Origin: Gnetum montanum
Taxonomy: Eukaryota > Plantae > Gnetophyta
Assembly (NCBI GenBank): GCA_015680685.1
Contig: MNCI01002211.1
Coordinates: 1 to 64,000 of the forward strand
Direction: 5' to 3'
Length of the DNA stretch: 64,000 nucleotides
The notes beneath the pieces were generated by a model that did not search any database, was not told the origin of the DNA, and saw only the letters and a list, made by a program, of their open reading frames with translations. Made by a program: the position numbers and the translations under genes. Shown here one piece after another: positions 52,085-64,000 of the stretch (its first letter is position 1; the number at the start of each line of letters is the position of its first letter).

Positions 52085-52515
52085 AAACTCACATAGCTCA
52101 TCCACTATGATGTTAAACTGGCATAGCTCATCTACTACGACATTAAATCAGCACACACACACACTACTCATCCACCACGATGCTAAACTAGCATAGCTCA
52201 TCCACTATGATGTTAAACTAGCATAGCATTTATTCACTATGACATTAAACTAGCACGCATACCATATGTTTGCTATGACATTAAATTGGCACAACAGCTT
52301 GTCTACTATGATGCTAAACTAACAAAGCACATTTGCTATGATGCTAAACTAGCATAGCATGTGACCATCATGACACTAAGCTAGCACAACATTCATCCAC
52401 TATGATGCTAAACTAGCATATAATAGTCCTCTGGGACTATAAACTAGCATACCATGGTCTAATAGGACTTTAAACTTGTAAGGCTATGATCTACCAAGAC
52501 CTTAAATTGGGTCCA
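52085..52515 (+). repeat. Post-integrase tandem array, core CCACTATGATGCTAAACTAGCA, ~13 units
   Basis: Directly visible; homologous to the reverse complement of 59390-59915. Confidence 0.9.
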
Positions 52516-52654
52516 CAATTAGCCATCCATAATTATACAAGTGAGCAATCGAGAATAACTCTAACTCTCTAACTTCCCCCTCCCCATCCCCCACTCTTTC
52601 TACATCATGATTGTAGTCTCAAAATGGAGCACCTAGAACTGACACAACATTGGT

Positions 52655-52960
52655 AGCACTTGCAGCATCATCATCCATAGGCATTCTACTAGCTTTTTGA
52701 GCATTTGTAGCTAGTCCAACCCTTGAAGCATTTGCAACATCATCACCCCCTGCCATTTTGCTATTTTTTTAGCTCTTGCCACTGACATGAGCTTTGGAGC
52801 ACTTGTAGCATCATTTCCCTCTATTATTTTTCTATTTTTTGAGCACTTGCCATTGGTTCGGCCTTGGGAGCACTTGCAACATCATCACCCCCTACAATTT
52901 TGCTAGTTTTTTGAGCACTTGCCATCGGTCAAGCCTTTAGAGCACTCATAGCATCTTTGT
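52655..52960 (+). repeat. Tandem array, ~70-bp unit with two GAGCACTTGC subunits
   Basis: GAGCACTTGCA(G/A)CATCATC...TTTTTGAGCACTTGCCA repeated about four times. Confidence 0.8.
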
Positions 52961-54129
52961 AGCTGACATTTTATTTATATTATGTGTTGTGTGTTTTTCT
53001 TATATTCTTGAAGTTATGTTTGAAGGATGAAGCCCTAGGTCATTATACAAAGATGCATCTCATCGTAGCAACAAGTCACCACATTGCTCTGATGTGCATG
53101 ATTGACCTAACTAAGTCTCTCAAGAGTGCACATCCTTACTGGCCCACTATAGCCTACCTAGACTCATCCCCATGTCCCAATACTCTTGCATTCCCTCACA
53201 TAATCAAGATTTTAAACCCCTTTGATGCATATGCGTTGTGACTATATGGCATCCTCTGCAAGTTAAACTGTAGAACTAAAGGCAGGCATAACATAAGTTG
53301 TCTTATGAGGAGCCTTTGTTGGCTAGTCAAAGCCTAGCTAGATGTAACACAAGTCATCCTGGGGAGGAAACACCTATCTTATAGATGTAATGTGGTTTTT
53401 CAAACATCAAAGAAAAGCCCATCCAATGGCATGCAGTCCACTTGATGGAAAGAATCCTTTGTAGTAAGCATTTGGAAATGTGAAAAACCCAAAGAAGGTT
53501 CACCCCATAGTAAAAAAAGAAAAGAGCAAAGAGGAAAAAGTATGTCCCTAAGCAAATAAACAACACTACAATTTTGCAACTAGTCTAGCCTTGAAATCCA
53601 CCTTGACTCTCTCATGAGCACTTCAACAAGATGTTAACATTTTCAGAGGTAAGCCACCCTAGTGTCATGGTCACTGTCAACCATGCTGACTCTGCATTTT
53701 GCATCATGATACCTTGTTTGCACCTTAGCTCTCCTTTTATTCCCAGCACATCGCCTAAACCTTTTACTCCTACCTTTCACTTACCATCTAACATACCATT
53801 ACCCACAACACTCTTGAGCATGATGCAATAACATCTGATCAGGTACTAAAGACTAATGTTGGTGCCAGGCTTGCTATGGTGTTTTTCTATTCTTTGTTGA
53901 TGTCTCTTGGGTTATTGCTCCAGATGGCCAATGAAACACCACCAAATTTGGGCTACAATGTCTTGACTACAAATTTGCCTAAGTGTCAGCANAAAAGTAC
54001 TAGTGTAGTACTACTAAGATTTGTCGAATTTGGAAGTACCAGTGCCTTAGTGGTCCTAAGTTGGAAAATTTACTTTAAAAGAGTTAAAAATTAAAAGTTC
54101 CATTTTGTGATCAAATTTAACCAAATTGG

Positions 54130-55834
54130 TGAAACACCACCGAATTTGGGATATAGCTTCTCGACTGTAGATTTGCCTAAGTGTCAGCACGAGGTCACTT
54201 TCTACAAATTTTTTTAAGTACTAGGACTACACTCCCCACTGTCCCAGAGTGTAATTAGCCTAGTGGAGAGTGTAGTCAACTTAAAAAATCAAGTTTTGTA
54301 GTTTTGTCTAAGTGTCATCATGAAGTTAGAAGTTGCAAATTTTTCTAAGTGTTGGAACTATGCTCTTTACTACCCCAAAGTGTAGTCAGCTTAATAGAGA
54401 GTGTAGTCAAAACAAAGGCTATTTTCTAAATTTCTCTAAGTGTTACGCCAACCACTGGAGAATTTTCTAAGTGTTGGGACTATGCACTCCACTAGCCCAG
54501 AGCATAGTCAAGCATAGTCAGCATGAAAACCCAATTTTTATAGATTTTTTCAAAATGTTGAGACTATGCTCTCCACCATCCCAAAGCATAGTCAATTAGA
54601 AGCTATTTTTTGCAAGTTTTGAAAAGTGCTAAGACTACACTCACCCCTAGTAGAGAGCATAGTTAGCCTCCCATGGAGAGCATAATTAGCACATAGCCAT
54701 TTTCTACAAATTTTTTCTAAGTGTTGTAACTATGCTCTCCCCCAATCTAGAGTGTAGTTAGGCAAAATAGCCTCTAAAGGCCTTCACAACATAGCACTAA
54801 CATTTAACTCATTCCAACTCATCTTTAACAAGCATGGTTAGCAAAATGCATTTTTGTTGTATCCCCTTTTTGTCACCAAATTGTAACTACGCTCGATCCC
54901 ATGTAAGACAGTGGAGAGCATAGTCTCCAAAGTTGCATTTTTTTAGGTACATTGCAATTCCCTCAGCACATGCACATGTACTAGGCAATGTAGTCATAGT
55001 CTCTCAGCTTCACAAAGTCCAACAGAATAGAGCAGAGCATAACACTGCTACCCTCCATGGAGAGTGTAGTTAGGTGATGGTGCTACCCCCTACCACATGG
55101 TAGCCTCTTAGCATTTCACGCTAAACCTAGCCCTATAAATACCCTAGTTCTCAACATTTTAGGGGTTGGCAAATTTGATCATTTTGGCATTTTGGGTGAA
55201 CAAAAAAACCAAAGGTACGCTACTGAACCAAAGAAAGGCAAAATTTGCATAACACCATAGCTCACCGCAAGACACTACAAACCCATTACACACCATAGCG
55301 GCTAACCCAGTAGGCACATACACCATGGAAAAACATCAGTCTTTGCAGCTAGAAATCCCCAAGAATGTGACTATGTTGTCTACTATACTTATTTTACACC
55401 ATGTACCTTCTCATGCCTTTTGGAGTTAACTATGCTCAACCACACTTAGAGTGGTGTTCTGCTCTTTCTCTCTCTCTTTCTTTGAATTTTTAGCATTTTT
55501 ACTTATATTTTTAGCATTTTACTTGCATTCGCTATTGTTTTCATGCATAGCCATGCATTGACACCTTTTTTCTTGGCCAAGACTCTTGACTACGCTCACA
55601 TCCACTAACATTGTTAATACCATTGACATTGCATGAACACTTAACATCATTTTGCATTAGCATCGTAGCTAACTATGTTGAACCCTCAATTTCATTTAGT
55701 AAGTCCTTGTTTGATCAACAAGACCATTTAGGGCACCCCATCTCCTTCTCTAGTAAGCCTGCATGTGGAAATGGGGTCAAACTGTATGCCCGTGGACCTC
55801 AGTTTTCTAGCCACTGATGTTTTTAGTCACTACA
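54130..55834 (+). repeat. 3' LTR of the Tat element
   Basis: TGAAACACC...GTCACTACA, colinear with 37697-39409. An extra 60-bp LTR start lies at 53932-53991 before an N. Confidence 0.9.
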
Positions 55835-56631
55835 ATATGGATGTTTCTTATCATCCAACTACATAGCATGAATTCCAAGGCATAATTAGATGCATCTGTC
55901 ATAATATGAAATAGTCTGGACTAGTTAGATGCTCATAGTGTTGGAGTCTCTATGAGTTTTTGTGTGAGGATATGGAATGTATTTTCACATTTCTTGGTCC
56001 AAATGAATGGAGCATCTTTCTTTGTAAGCTTAACCAATAGTTTTGCAATCTTAGAGAAATTCTCTATGAATCATTAGTAATAGCCATTGTGTCCAAGAAA
56101 TGCTCAAACACTTTAACAATTTTTAGTTGACAAGTTATTCTGTGGATTACCCTTACCTTTTCAAGGTCCACCTCAATCCCTACCTAAGAAATTATGTGCC
56201 CTAGTATAATGCCCTCCTAGATCATTAGATGGCTCTTCTACCAATTAAGCTGAAGATTCATCTTCATACACCTTTTAAGCACTTTCTCAAGGTGGTCCAA
56301 GGCTTGCTCAAATGTGGTGCCATAGGTGGAGAAGTCATCCATGAAGATTTCCATCCCTCAACCAATTTTTTCTTGAAAAATGCTCAAGACCAAGAGTTGG
56401 AATGTTGTAGGAGCACTGCACAGACCAAAAGGCATCTTTCGATATGCAAAAGTTCCCTAGGAACTTTTGAATGTTGTTTTGGCCTAATCCTTTGGTGTGA
56501 TCTGGATTTGGTTATAGCTGCTATAACCATCAAGAAAGCTGTAATAGCAATGCCCAGATATAGTATCCAACACTTGAGCCACAAATGGCAATGGAAAGTG
56601 ATCTTTAAATGTTGTCATATTCAATAGCTAG
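55835..56631 (-). pseudogene. pol: Athila-like RT-RNase H fragment (second copy), right part
   Basis: Colinear with ~23600-24390; continues 36305-37696. Confidence 0.88.
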
Positions 56632-58201
56632 TGTAACGACGGAAAATGTCGGTCGCTGGAAAATACCAAACGAAACTCGTATACACAGTCTTAACCACGG
56701 ATCCGAGCGAGGGCCGTGCTGGAGAAAACGAATCCGCGGTGCCCTGAATGGTCTTGTCGATCAGACAGGGACTTACTCAATCAGTAAATTGACGAATATT
56801 GCGATAATATGTGTATTAGATATTCCGCAAAATGATTTGATATGATAAATTGTAAAAGGAGTAGAAAACGATGTAAATGAATTGAAATAATGGCAATGTC
56901 AATGCGACAAGGAGGATTGGATTTAAGATGAATGCACAATTCCAAGATCTATGTTTTGACCCCGAAGATTGAGTATATTGTATACAAGTTCCAATGGCAA
57001 ACTCCGCTTATCTTGTGTGAAGCATACATAAAATAACAAGAAAACTGTTCAACAAGGAGTACAGAATGAAGCTCGGTCTACCTCGTAAGCCAAAGATGGG
57101 ATGCAAGGATGGTCAAGCCTGGATGTCTATCAATCAATTGTTTCTGATCAATAGATCTTGTTGATCACACCAGATAATCTCTCGATCTTTGATCTTCTCC
57201 CTCTGCCTTGGGTAGCCTCTACTCAAAACTACCAATGATCGCCAATGGAGAGAACTGTATTTTCACCAAAGGACTGATCACTCCTGCTACCAATGTTTAG
57301 CTGCCAATGCTCAAGCAGATGTCTTCTATCTCTGCTAAAAGGTGATGCTACCAAAAAAGCCCAAGATGATCCCCCTTTAGATCTTCGCCAACTGGAGTAT
57401 TTATAGGTTCGGTAGTACGTGGAGAAGGCACGGTCCTGATGACATATGTCTCAACCTTCAAAATACCGTTGACTTGGCAAACTTTATGTTGAAACTGGTC
57501 ATGTCGCATCACGTTTCTTGGGAAGGGGAGCAAAGTACGCTGTCAACCACTTCCGCTGAAGCCGCTTCATGATTACGCACAATATGCTCATCAGCGTATC
57601 GTGCGTGTGGATAGCAGGTGTGTATCTAGTACTGCTTTAGTCAGCTTTACATTGTATTACACTTGTCTACGCTGTGTCACGTGGCAAAGCGTAATAGAGC
57701 ATGGAAGTAGTTGATTCAAGTTGTTTTACACTCCTTTATGTCGTAAAGCGTAATGGAGCGTAAAAATGGTCAACTTTACAATAAATTACGTTTGCCTACA
57801 CTGCGTAGCGTAATGAGCGTAAAGAGACCAATCTGCAAAAAAGAAGAAATCAATCTGCTATGCTTCCTTGGACTCTGACTTTGGCTTTTTCAAAGCTCAT
57901 TACGTTTCTCTGCGTAACAGAGCGTAAACTCAGGCCTGAACAAAAGACTTGGTGGAATATGCAACAAGTCTTTCTGATATCGGGCTATGTTAAATAGAGT
58001 TATGCTGAGCGACATTACGCTACGTTGCGTAATGTAGCATAAAGAGAGAAAATAAAGTAAGGTTGAAATTTGTAAGAAACTTGGAGACTTGATGCTACGC
58101 GCCCTTTTGCCTTGTTCTGCCTTCTGGATTTTTTGTCGCAAACTTTCGCCCGAATCGTGAATCTTCACCTTAGGCCGATTCGCAATTTCTATGGTGTTTC
58201 A
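56632..58201 (-). repeat. 3' LTR of the younger Tat element
   Basis: Minus strand TGAAACACC...GTTACA, the same start as the older Tat LTR. TATA CCTATAAATA at ~57398-57407; TTACGC/GCGTAA repeats. Confidence 0.85.
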
Positions 58202-58202
58202 A

Positions 58203-58214
58203 TGGCCCCTCTTT
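58203..58214 (-). promoter_or_regulatory. Polypurine tract AAAGAGGGGCCA
   Basis: Abuts the LTR start at 58201. Confidence 0.75.
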
Positions 58215-59389
58215 GTTGACGTTTAGAGGGCTTGCCCAAAAGACGTTGACAAAGAATACGAAACACCGGATGGGTAAAAGTACCAACAACGTTCATCAAT
58301 GGTTACTCAAGTGTCACCCTGTCACAGCAAAAGTGCAGAAATGAGAGAAATAGAAGATAAAATGGTATAGGAGGAAATTCTTACAGAGGTAAGAGGAAAG
58401 AGGTTCGGGGAAGATGCAAATAAGTGAGTATAGGTTTTTTTCACGCATAAGCACTTAGGCCTTCTCCTGCGATTGCATTTGCATGGAGTTATGCCGTTAT
58501 GTTGTAGATGAAGGGGCTTGCATAGACGAATTGTGTTGCATCTACGCAGCCTGAATGAGTTGTGTTTCATCCATTTTGCCAACCCCACAAGAATTTTTTT
58601 TTGGCGTCCAATAGGCGAGTTGCGTTACGCCAGTTTATGGACTTGATTGTAATGTAGATGCGGAAAGCGTATGCTGTGTATGCCCATTTTGCGTAAGGGA
58701 AACAAATGATGGAGATTTAGGGAAGTAAGAGCTAGAGGTAGGATTATGAGGAAAACAGGGATGCACTCCTAAGTGCCAAGGCTAACCTAAGCAGCCATCT
58801 CAAATGTTGTTTGTATTTCACTGCTCAGATGAACGCACTTTTGAACGACATCCTCGTAGCAAGTAACCTGCAACCAAAGAAGAAAACAGAAGACACTATT
58901 GCTTGGTCGAATCACTAGAGAGGTTGTTGAAACAAGTACCATTTGGGGCGAGAGAGAGTGAGCGGGCCATGAAGAAGGAACTGTAGCACGAGCTAGAGTC
59001 TTCAACGTTGACGTTCGGCCCAGCATATCACCGCCAAAGACCATCAGACTCATCGCACCCGACTGGTTACGCAAAGAACCAGCTAGGTGAATCTGTGAAG
59101 CTAGAGCCTAATAGTGATGATGAGCGGAGATCCCCAAAGTTGTGGTCGATGAGAACTCCTTTGGGGCTTCGGACGGTGAAACTAAACTCTCAGAGGTGTC
59201 ACCACTGCAGTGGGTGCAGTGATGGCATCTCCGAGGGGTCCGTAGTATGCCTTTCAGCACATCTGAGGAATCAGCAGAATGCCTGTGAGATATCGACACT
59301 GAGGCTGTCCCAACATCCCACCCCATTTGTTTTGCAGTCGCATAGAGACGATTACGCTCGCTTGGTTCGCATGTTGGCAGTCTGTAAGT

Positions 59390-59915
59390 CCCAGTTTTAA
59401 ATCTTGGTAGACTGTCGTTGCTGGTTTTAAGTCTCAGCAGATCATGGTCCCAGTTTAAAGTCTGGACGGACTGAAAAGTGCTAGTTTTACGTCGTAGCAG
59501 ACGGTGGTAGAACTAATTTATGGTCTCAGTAGACCGTGTTGTGGATGTCAGTTTCATGTCGTGACCCAGGGACAGATCTGTGCTAGTTTCACGTCTCAGC
59601 AGAGGGATACTTACCTGTGCTAGTTTTATGTCTTAGCAGACAGCCCATGCCAGTTTAGCATTGTGGCGGACGCGTGCAGGAAATACCAGTTTTACGTCTT
59701 GGCAGACCTGTACAACACTGCTAGTTTTACGTTGTAGCGGACAATTGCAACTTGCTAATTTTACGTTGTGGCGGACGATTGTTGCCAGTTTAGCGTCGTG
59801 GCGGACGCGTGAGGAGAGTGCCAGTTTTACGTTGTAGCGGATGATTGTTGTCAGTTTAGCATCGTAGCGGACGGTTGTTGCCAGTTTAGCGTCGTAGTGG
59901 ATGGTTATTGTCATG
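59390..59915 (-). repeat. Post-integrase tandem array: ~23-nt core with 7-14-nt variable linkers, ~16 units
   Basis: Plus-strand core GC(C/T)AGTTT(T/A)(A/G)CGTCGTAGC(G/A)GAC. Confidence 0.9.
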
Positions 59916-59940
59916 CCTGATGTTAACACTAGATATGCAG

Positions 59941-62900
59941 CTAAATGTAGTACCGCTTTAGATATATATGATTCGCGGGATTTGGTAACTCGTTGCCGTT
60001 GATATCTACTAGCTTGAATACGTCGTTGCCGTACACATCAACTACCAAGAAAGGGCCTTCCCAGTTTGCAGAGAACTTGCCTACTGGTTCATGAATGGCC
60101 TTGAGAACCAAATCTCCCTTCTTGAGAGGACGTTGTTGAAGATTATGACGGTGCTTCTGCCTCTGCTTGATACTTTTCGATGGTATCAAGCATCTGTATT
60201 CGCTTCTCCTCTACTGAATCCAAATCCATGATCCGAGACTCGGTGTGTTGAGCCTCATTTATAATCGTGGAGAGGACCATTTGCAGAGAAGGAACTTGTA
60301 ATTCGAGGGGAAGCACAGCCTCAGATCCATAGACTAGGCTATAGGGCATACTGTCTGTAGCTTTTCTGCATGTGGTACAGTACGCCCATAGCACATAGAG
60401 GATATTTTCATGCCACCATCTCTTGTTGCTGTCAAGCATTTTCTTGAGTAAGTTGATAATGACCTTGTTTGTCGCTTCAGCTTGACCATTCGCTTACGGG
60501 TAATAAGACGAGGAAAAAGATTGTTTGATACCAAGGTTGTCACAAAAGGATTTCATTTCCAGACTACTAAATTGTGGCCCATTGTCGATCACAATAGTCA
60601 TCGGGAGACCAAATCTAGTTACAATGTTGTCTAGAATGAAGTGACAGATCTGCTGCAACGTGATCTTTTGCAAAGGGATGGCTTCCACCCACTTCATGAA
60701 GTACTCAGTGGCGGTGATTATGAAGCTATGACCTGCGGAAGATTTCGGTGTGATAGGCCCTATAATGTCTAATCCCCATCGTTGAAAGGGCCATGTTATC
60801 TGAGTTGTGTATAGTTCTGTAGGCGACATGTGTATAAGGTTCGCGTAACGTTGACACATGTCGCACGTTTTAACCTTCGTAAGACAATCTTTTTCCATGT
60901 ACGGCCAATAATACCCTAAGCGAAAAATTTTAGAGGCCATGGCTCATGGCGCTACATGTCCTCCGCATAATCCCTCGTGGACTTTGCCTACTATACGTTG
61001 CACCTGGTTTTTGTTAACACAGGTAAGCAGTACTCCATCAAAAGAGTGTTTACAGAGGGTACTTTCTTCTATGATGACGTATTGCCTAGCTCACTTGCGA
61101 ATAGCTTCTTTTTGTGCATGTGTTAACTCGTGTGGTGGTTCACCATGCAAGAGGTAAGTTTTAATGTTGTCGTACCACTCTAGCATTCTATCCTGGAGCA
61201 GTGAAGATATTTGCGCCGCCTGAATGATAGGATCTGTACAATCTATTATTAATGCAGGATAGGTGTCGAATAGGTGCGATGGCACGTTTAAAGCTAATGT
61301 AGCCAGTGTATCGGCTAGTGTGTTATCGTTTCGGGGTACGTGTTAGGCATCGATCGTTGTGAATTGCTTCAGAAGATCTTTAGCCATATCGCAGTAGGGT
61401 TGTAAATGTACAGCCTTGTAGGCGTAGACTCCTATGATTTGATTTATAACAAGCATCGAATTGCCCCTAATCGCCAGGTGTCGAACATCAAGCTCTTTGG
61501 CTGTTTGTAATCCCCTGAGAAGTCCCTCATACTCTGCCACATTGTTCGTACAGGGAAAGGTCAAGTGGTAAGCGTGAAGATGCACATCCTCAGGTGATAG
61601 TGTAATGACCATAGTGGCACTGCCGCCTCTAGTGGTTGAAGCTCTGTCAAAATATAATGTTTCTTCGGGGCTTGTTAAAACAGGACTTAAATTATGTACA
61701 TGCTCATCTGAAAATTCAGGCTCTATGGTTGCCTGACTGTCAATAGGCGAGGTTATTAATTGGTCAGCTATCGCTTGGCCTTTCGTAGAAGATTAACCAA
61801 TATAACGCAGATCGAATTCTGCCATGATAGCTTTCCAACGAGCTATTTTACTACTTTCCTACAGATTATGCGTAATAGCCCNAGTTGATCCCTTTGTGGC
61901 GAGAATACTATTGGCAAGCATTGAAGTTCTTGCTTCAAGCTGTCAAACACATGCTGAAAATTGTCTGTCCATTCAAAATTAATCCCCTTTTTAAGCAAGT
62001 GTTGCATAGGGTGTAACTTATCTATTAGTCTCGAGATGAACCGCTTGATAAATTGTAACCTCCCTTGTAAACCGCATAATTGCTTAAGATTTGTAGGGGG
62101 TGTCAATTCAACAATGGCTTTGACTTTGTCAGGGTCTACTCGTATACCAGTTTTCGATACCACAAACCCCAACATGCGTCTGGTTTTGACCTCGAATACG
62201 CACTTCTTTGGGTTGAGCCGGAGGTCGTATTTAGAGCATCTTTTAAGAACTAACTCTAGATCTTCTGAACGATCTTCTGACCTTATAGACTTAATAGCTA
62301 TGTCATCAACATAATCATTCAGTCTCCCTAGGAGGCAATCACTAAAGATATATGTCATAGCTCGTTGATACGTAGCTCCGGCATTTTTCAAACCGAAAGG
62401 CATCATGGTGTAACAAAAGGTAGTTGTCAGCTAGTGTTCTAGGTTGATGCGTATTTGATTGTAGCCTGAGAAGCCATCCATGAAGGATAAAAGTGCATGT
62501 CCAGCGATTGTATCCACTAGTTGATCGAGACTCGGTAATGGGAAATTATCCTTGATAGTAGCTTTGTTCACGTCTCGGAAGTCTATACAGATGCTTATCC
62601 CTCTGGTCTTTTTAGGAACTACTACAATGTTAGATACCCAGTCTGAGTAATCGACCGCGCAAATAAAACCAGCTTGGTACAGTTTAGTGATCTCATCACG
62701 CACTACTAGCACGACTTCTAGCTTTATTTTCCATGCTTTCTGTCGAACTGCTTTGATATGGGGATCTAGAATTATGTTATGCTGTATTAATCTTGGGTCT
62801 AGCCCCGGCATATCTTCGTATGACCATGCAAACATTGTGATGTTGTTCTGAAGGACCTGCTTTATGTTATCATGTACCTTTTGGTCTAGTAAAGAACTAA

Positions 62901-63160
62901 CCTTAAGAGTTTTAGTCTCACCCTTATGCATAACCACAGAGACCTCGTTAAGGGGGTCCTCGGTTACATCTCCAGCTTCTAGATCTAGCGTGCGCGTCGA
63001 TTGTTCTGGCCAGTCTAGAGAAGTTTCCAACGCAACTATGGTTGCATCATCGAGGGCAAGGTTAGTTCTACTAGTGTGAGATCAAATTGTCTAATGGTTT
63101 CCCCGTGTGGGCCTGTTAAGACTAGAAGCACAGATAAAGTTTCGTCCATTTGGCAATTGT
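59941..63160 (-). pseudogene. pol: Tat pol: RT-(RH)-archaeal-type RNase H-integrase, few stops
   Basis: FAWSYEDMPG, SFMDGFSGYNQI, MPFGLKNAGATYQR, YVDDI, aRH FPCTNNVAEYEGLLRGL, INT WPFQRWGLDIIGP / DNGPQF / WEGPF. Confidence 0.95.
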
Positions 63161-63645
63161 CTTGCAAAATTATCAAGTATGAAAATAATTAGAAAAAATG
63201 CTAAGTTGGATGTGAGAAACATTTAGCATATAACGCTTGGTTTAGTCTAAAGAGAAAAAGGATGTGATGTGACGTTGCTAAACGTGAAAAGCTAACTGAA
63301 TTTTGAACATCGTGAACAGCCTGTAATTAATGCGACCTGATTACGAGGAGATAAGATGCAGTAGCTTAAGGTCGTTTCAGACCGTAATGCATGTGATATC
63401 TGTCACAATTAATGCCTTGATTTTCAGGTTCCAGCTCATACTGACATCAATATTTGGGCAAGCCTCGCATAAATCGGGCGTCTAGTCGATTAATTTTGCA
63501 TATAAGTAGGCAGTTCTTATCGAGAATAAGCTGTTGGCTATTGCAAATTTAAATTCTCAGCTATCACAGAGAGGAGGAAGAGCAAAATACTACAGCACGT
63601 TACTTGTGAAGGTATTCAGATGTGAAGGTATTCAGGACTGCAACA

Positions 63646-63768
63646 ATGGCACCGAAAGTTAGAGGAAAGAATGCCAAATTGGCTAAAATTGACAAAGTAC
63701 AAGGGAGCCTGCAGCGTGCTTCGCAGGCCTTGGTCGAAGTGAGGGATGTCACTCCCCTGAATCGGTAG
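63646..63768 (+). CDS. Putative first coding exon / micro-ORF (40 aa, MAPKVRGKNAKLAK...) antisense to the younger Tat element
   Basis: AACAATGGC start context, TATAAG at ~63500, and a possible CG|GTAGGC donor followed by a U-rich tract. Confidence 0.35.
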   Translation: MAPKVRGKNAKLAKIDKVQGSLQRASQALVEVRDVTPLNR

Positions 63769-64000
63769 GCCATCCTTTGCTTACTCGTATTGCTTCCTGT
63801 GATATGCTTTTTGTTTTTTTTCTGTGTTTATTCTTTTTGCGTCCTCTGCGTAAACTAGAGTTTTATGCTGTAGACTTCACATTGCAGTGAGGGTTTAGGC
63901 AACAGTGTTGTGTCTATCGTCGTTGTCTGAGACAAACCTTGTACTATTACAAGGGTTTTGGCGATTTTAACTGTACGGCTAGAGCGTAATTTTTGTAAAT

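Larger units (their letters stand above)
37697..55834 (+). mobile_element. Tat-clade Ty3 element (RT-RH-aRH-INT order), full length but decayed
   Basis: LTRs at 37697-39409 and 54130-55834, with a perfect TSD ATATG (37692-96 / 55835-39). The host Athila RNase H reads through when the element is removed. Confidence 0.9.
56632..64000 (-). mobile_element. Younger Tat-clade Ty3 element, running off the window end
   Basis: 3' LTR at 56632-58201, PPT, 3' array, and a CpG-rich, largely open pol. Confidence 0.9.

Noticed and set aside
59390-59915. CRISPR-like repeat/spacer appearance (also 52085-52515 and 43815-44255)
   Set aside because: Linkers are only 7-14 nt and partly repeated, cores are degenerate, there are no cas genes, and the context is a plant retrotransposon UTR.
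61300-61670. Archaeal-type RNase H as a horizontal transfer or novelty
   Set aside because: Established hallmark of Tat-clade plant Ty3 elements.

Overview
Eukaryotic, AT-rich, gene-free heterochromatin-like window from a land plant with a large genome. The plant call rests on the TE lineages present and a PLS-type PPR fragment; the species cannot be told from sequence. No intact host gene, rRNA, tRNA or CRISPR was found. The window is a deep nest of mostly decayed LTR retrotransposons: (i) an old minus-strand CRM-like Ty3 scaffold, (ii) a gag-only SIRE-like Ty1 element (4736-9867), (iii) a Tekay-like chromovirus (13110-29989) split by (iv) an Athila-like element, (v) a second Athila-like pol split by (vi) an 18-kb Tat element (37697-55834, TSD ATATG) and (vii) a younger Tat element (56632 to window end), (viii) three copies of another LTR family, one carrying gene-like fragments, and a CACTA end next to a 470-N gap. 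The most interesting signal is accessory transcription units inside the retroelements. These are a five-exon antisense gene in the chromovirus 5' leader, antisense splice and ATG signals nested in a 3-kb protease-RT spacer of the Tat elements, and an Athila-like ORF2 with its own TATA box and leader intron. Several elements also carry family-specific palindromic motif arrays. All calls are by eye, with no database search, and soft boundaries are approximate.
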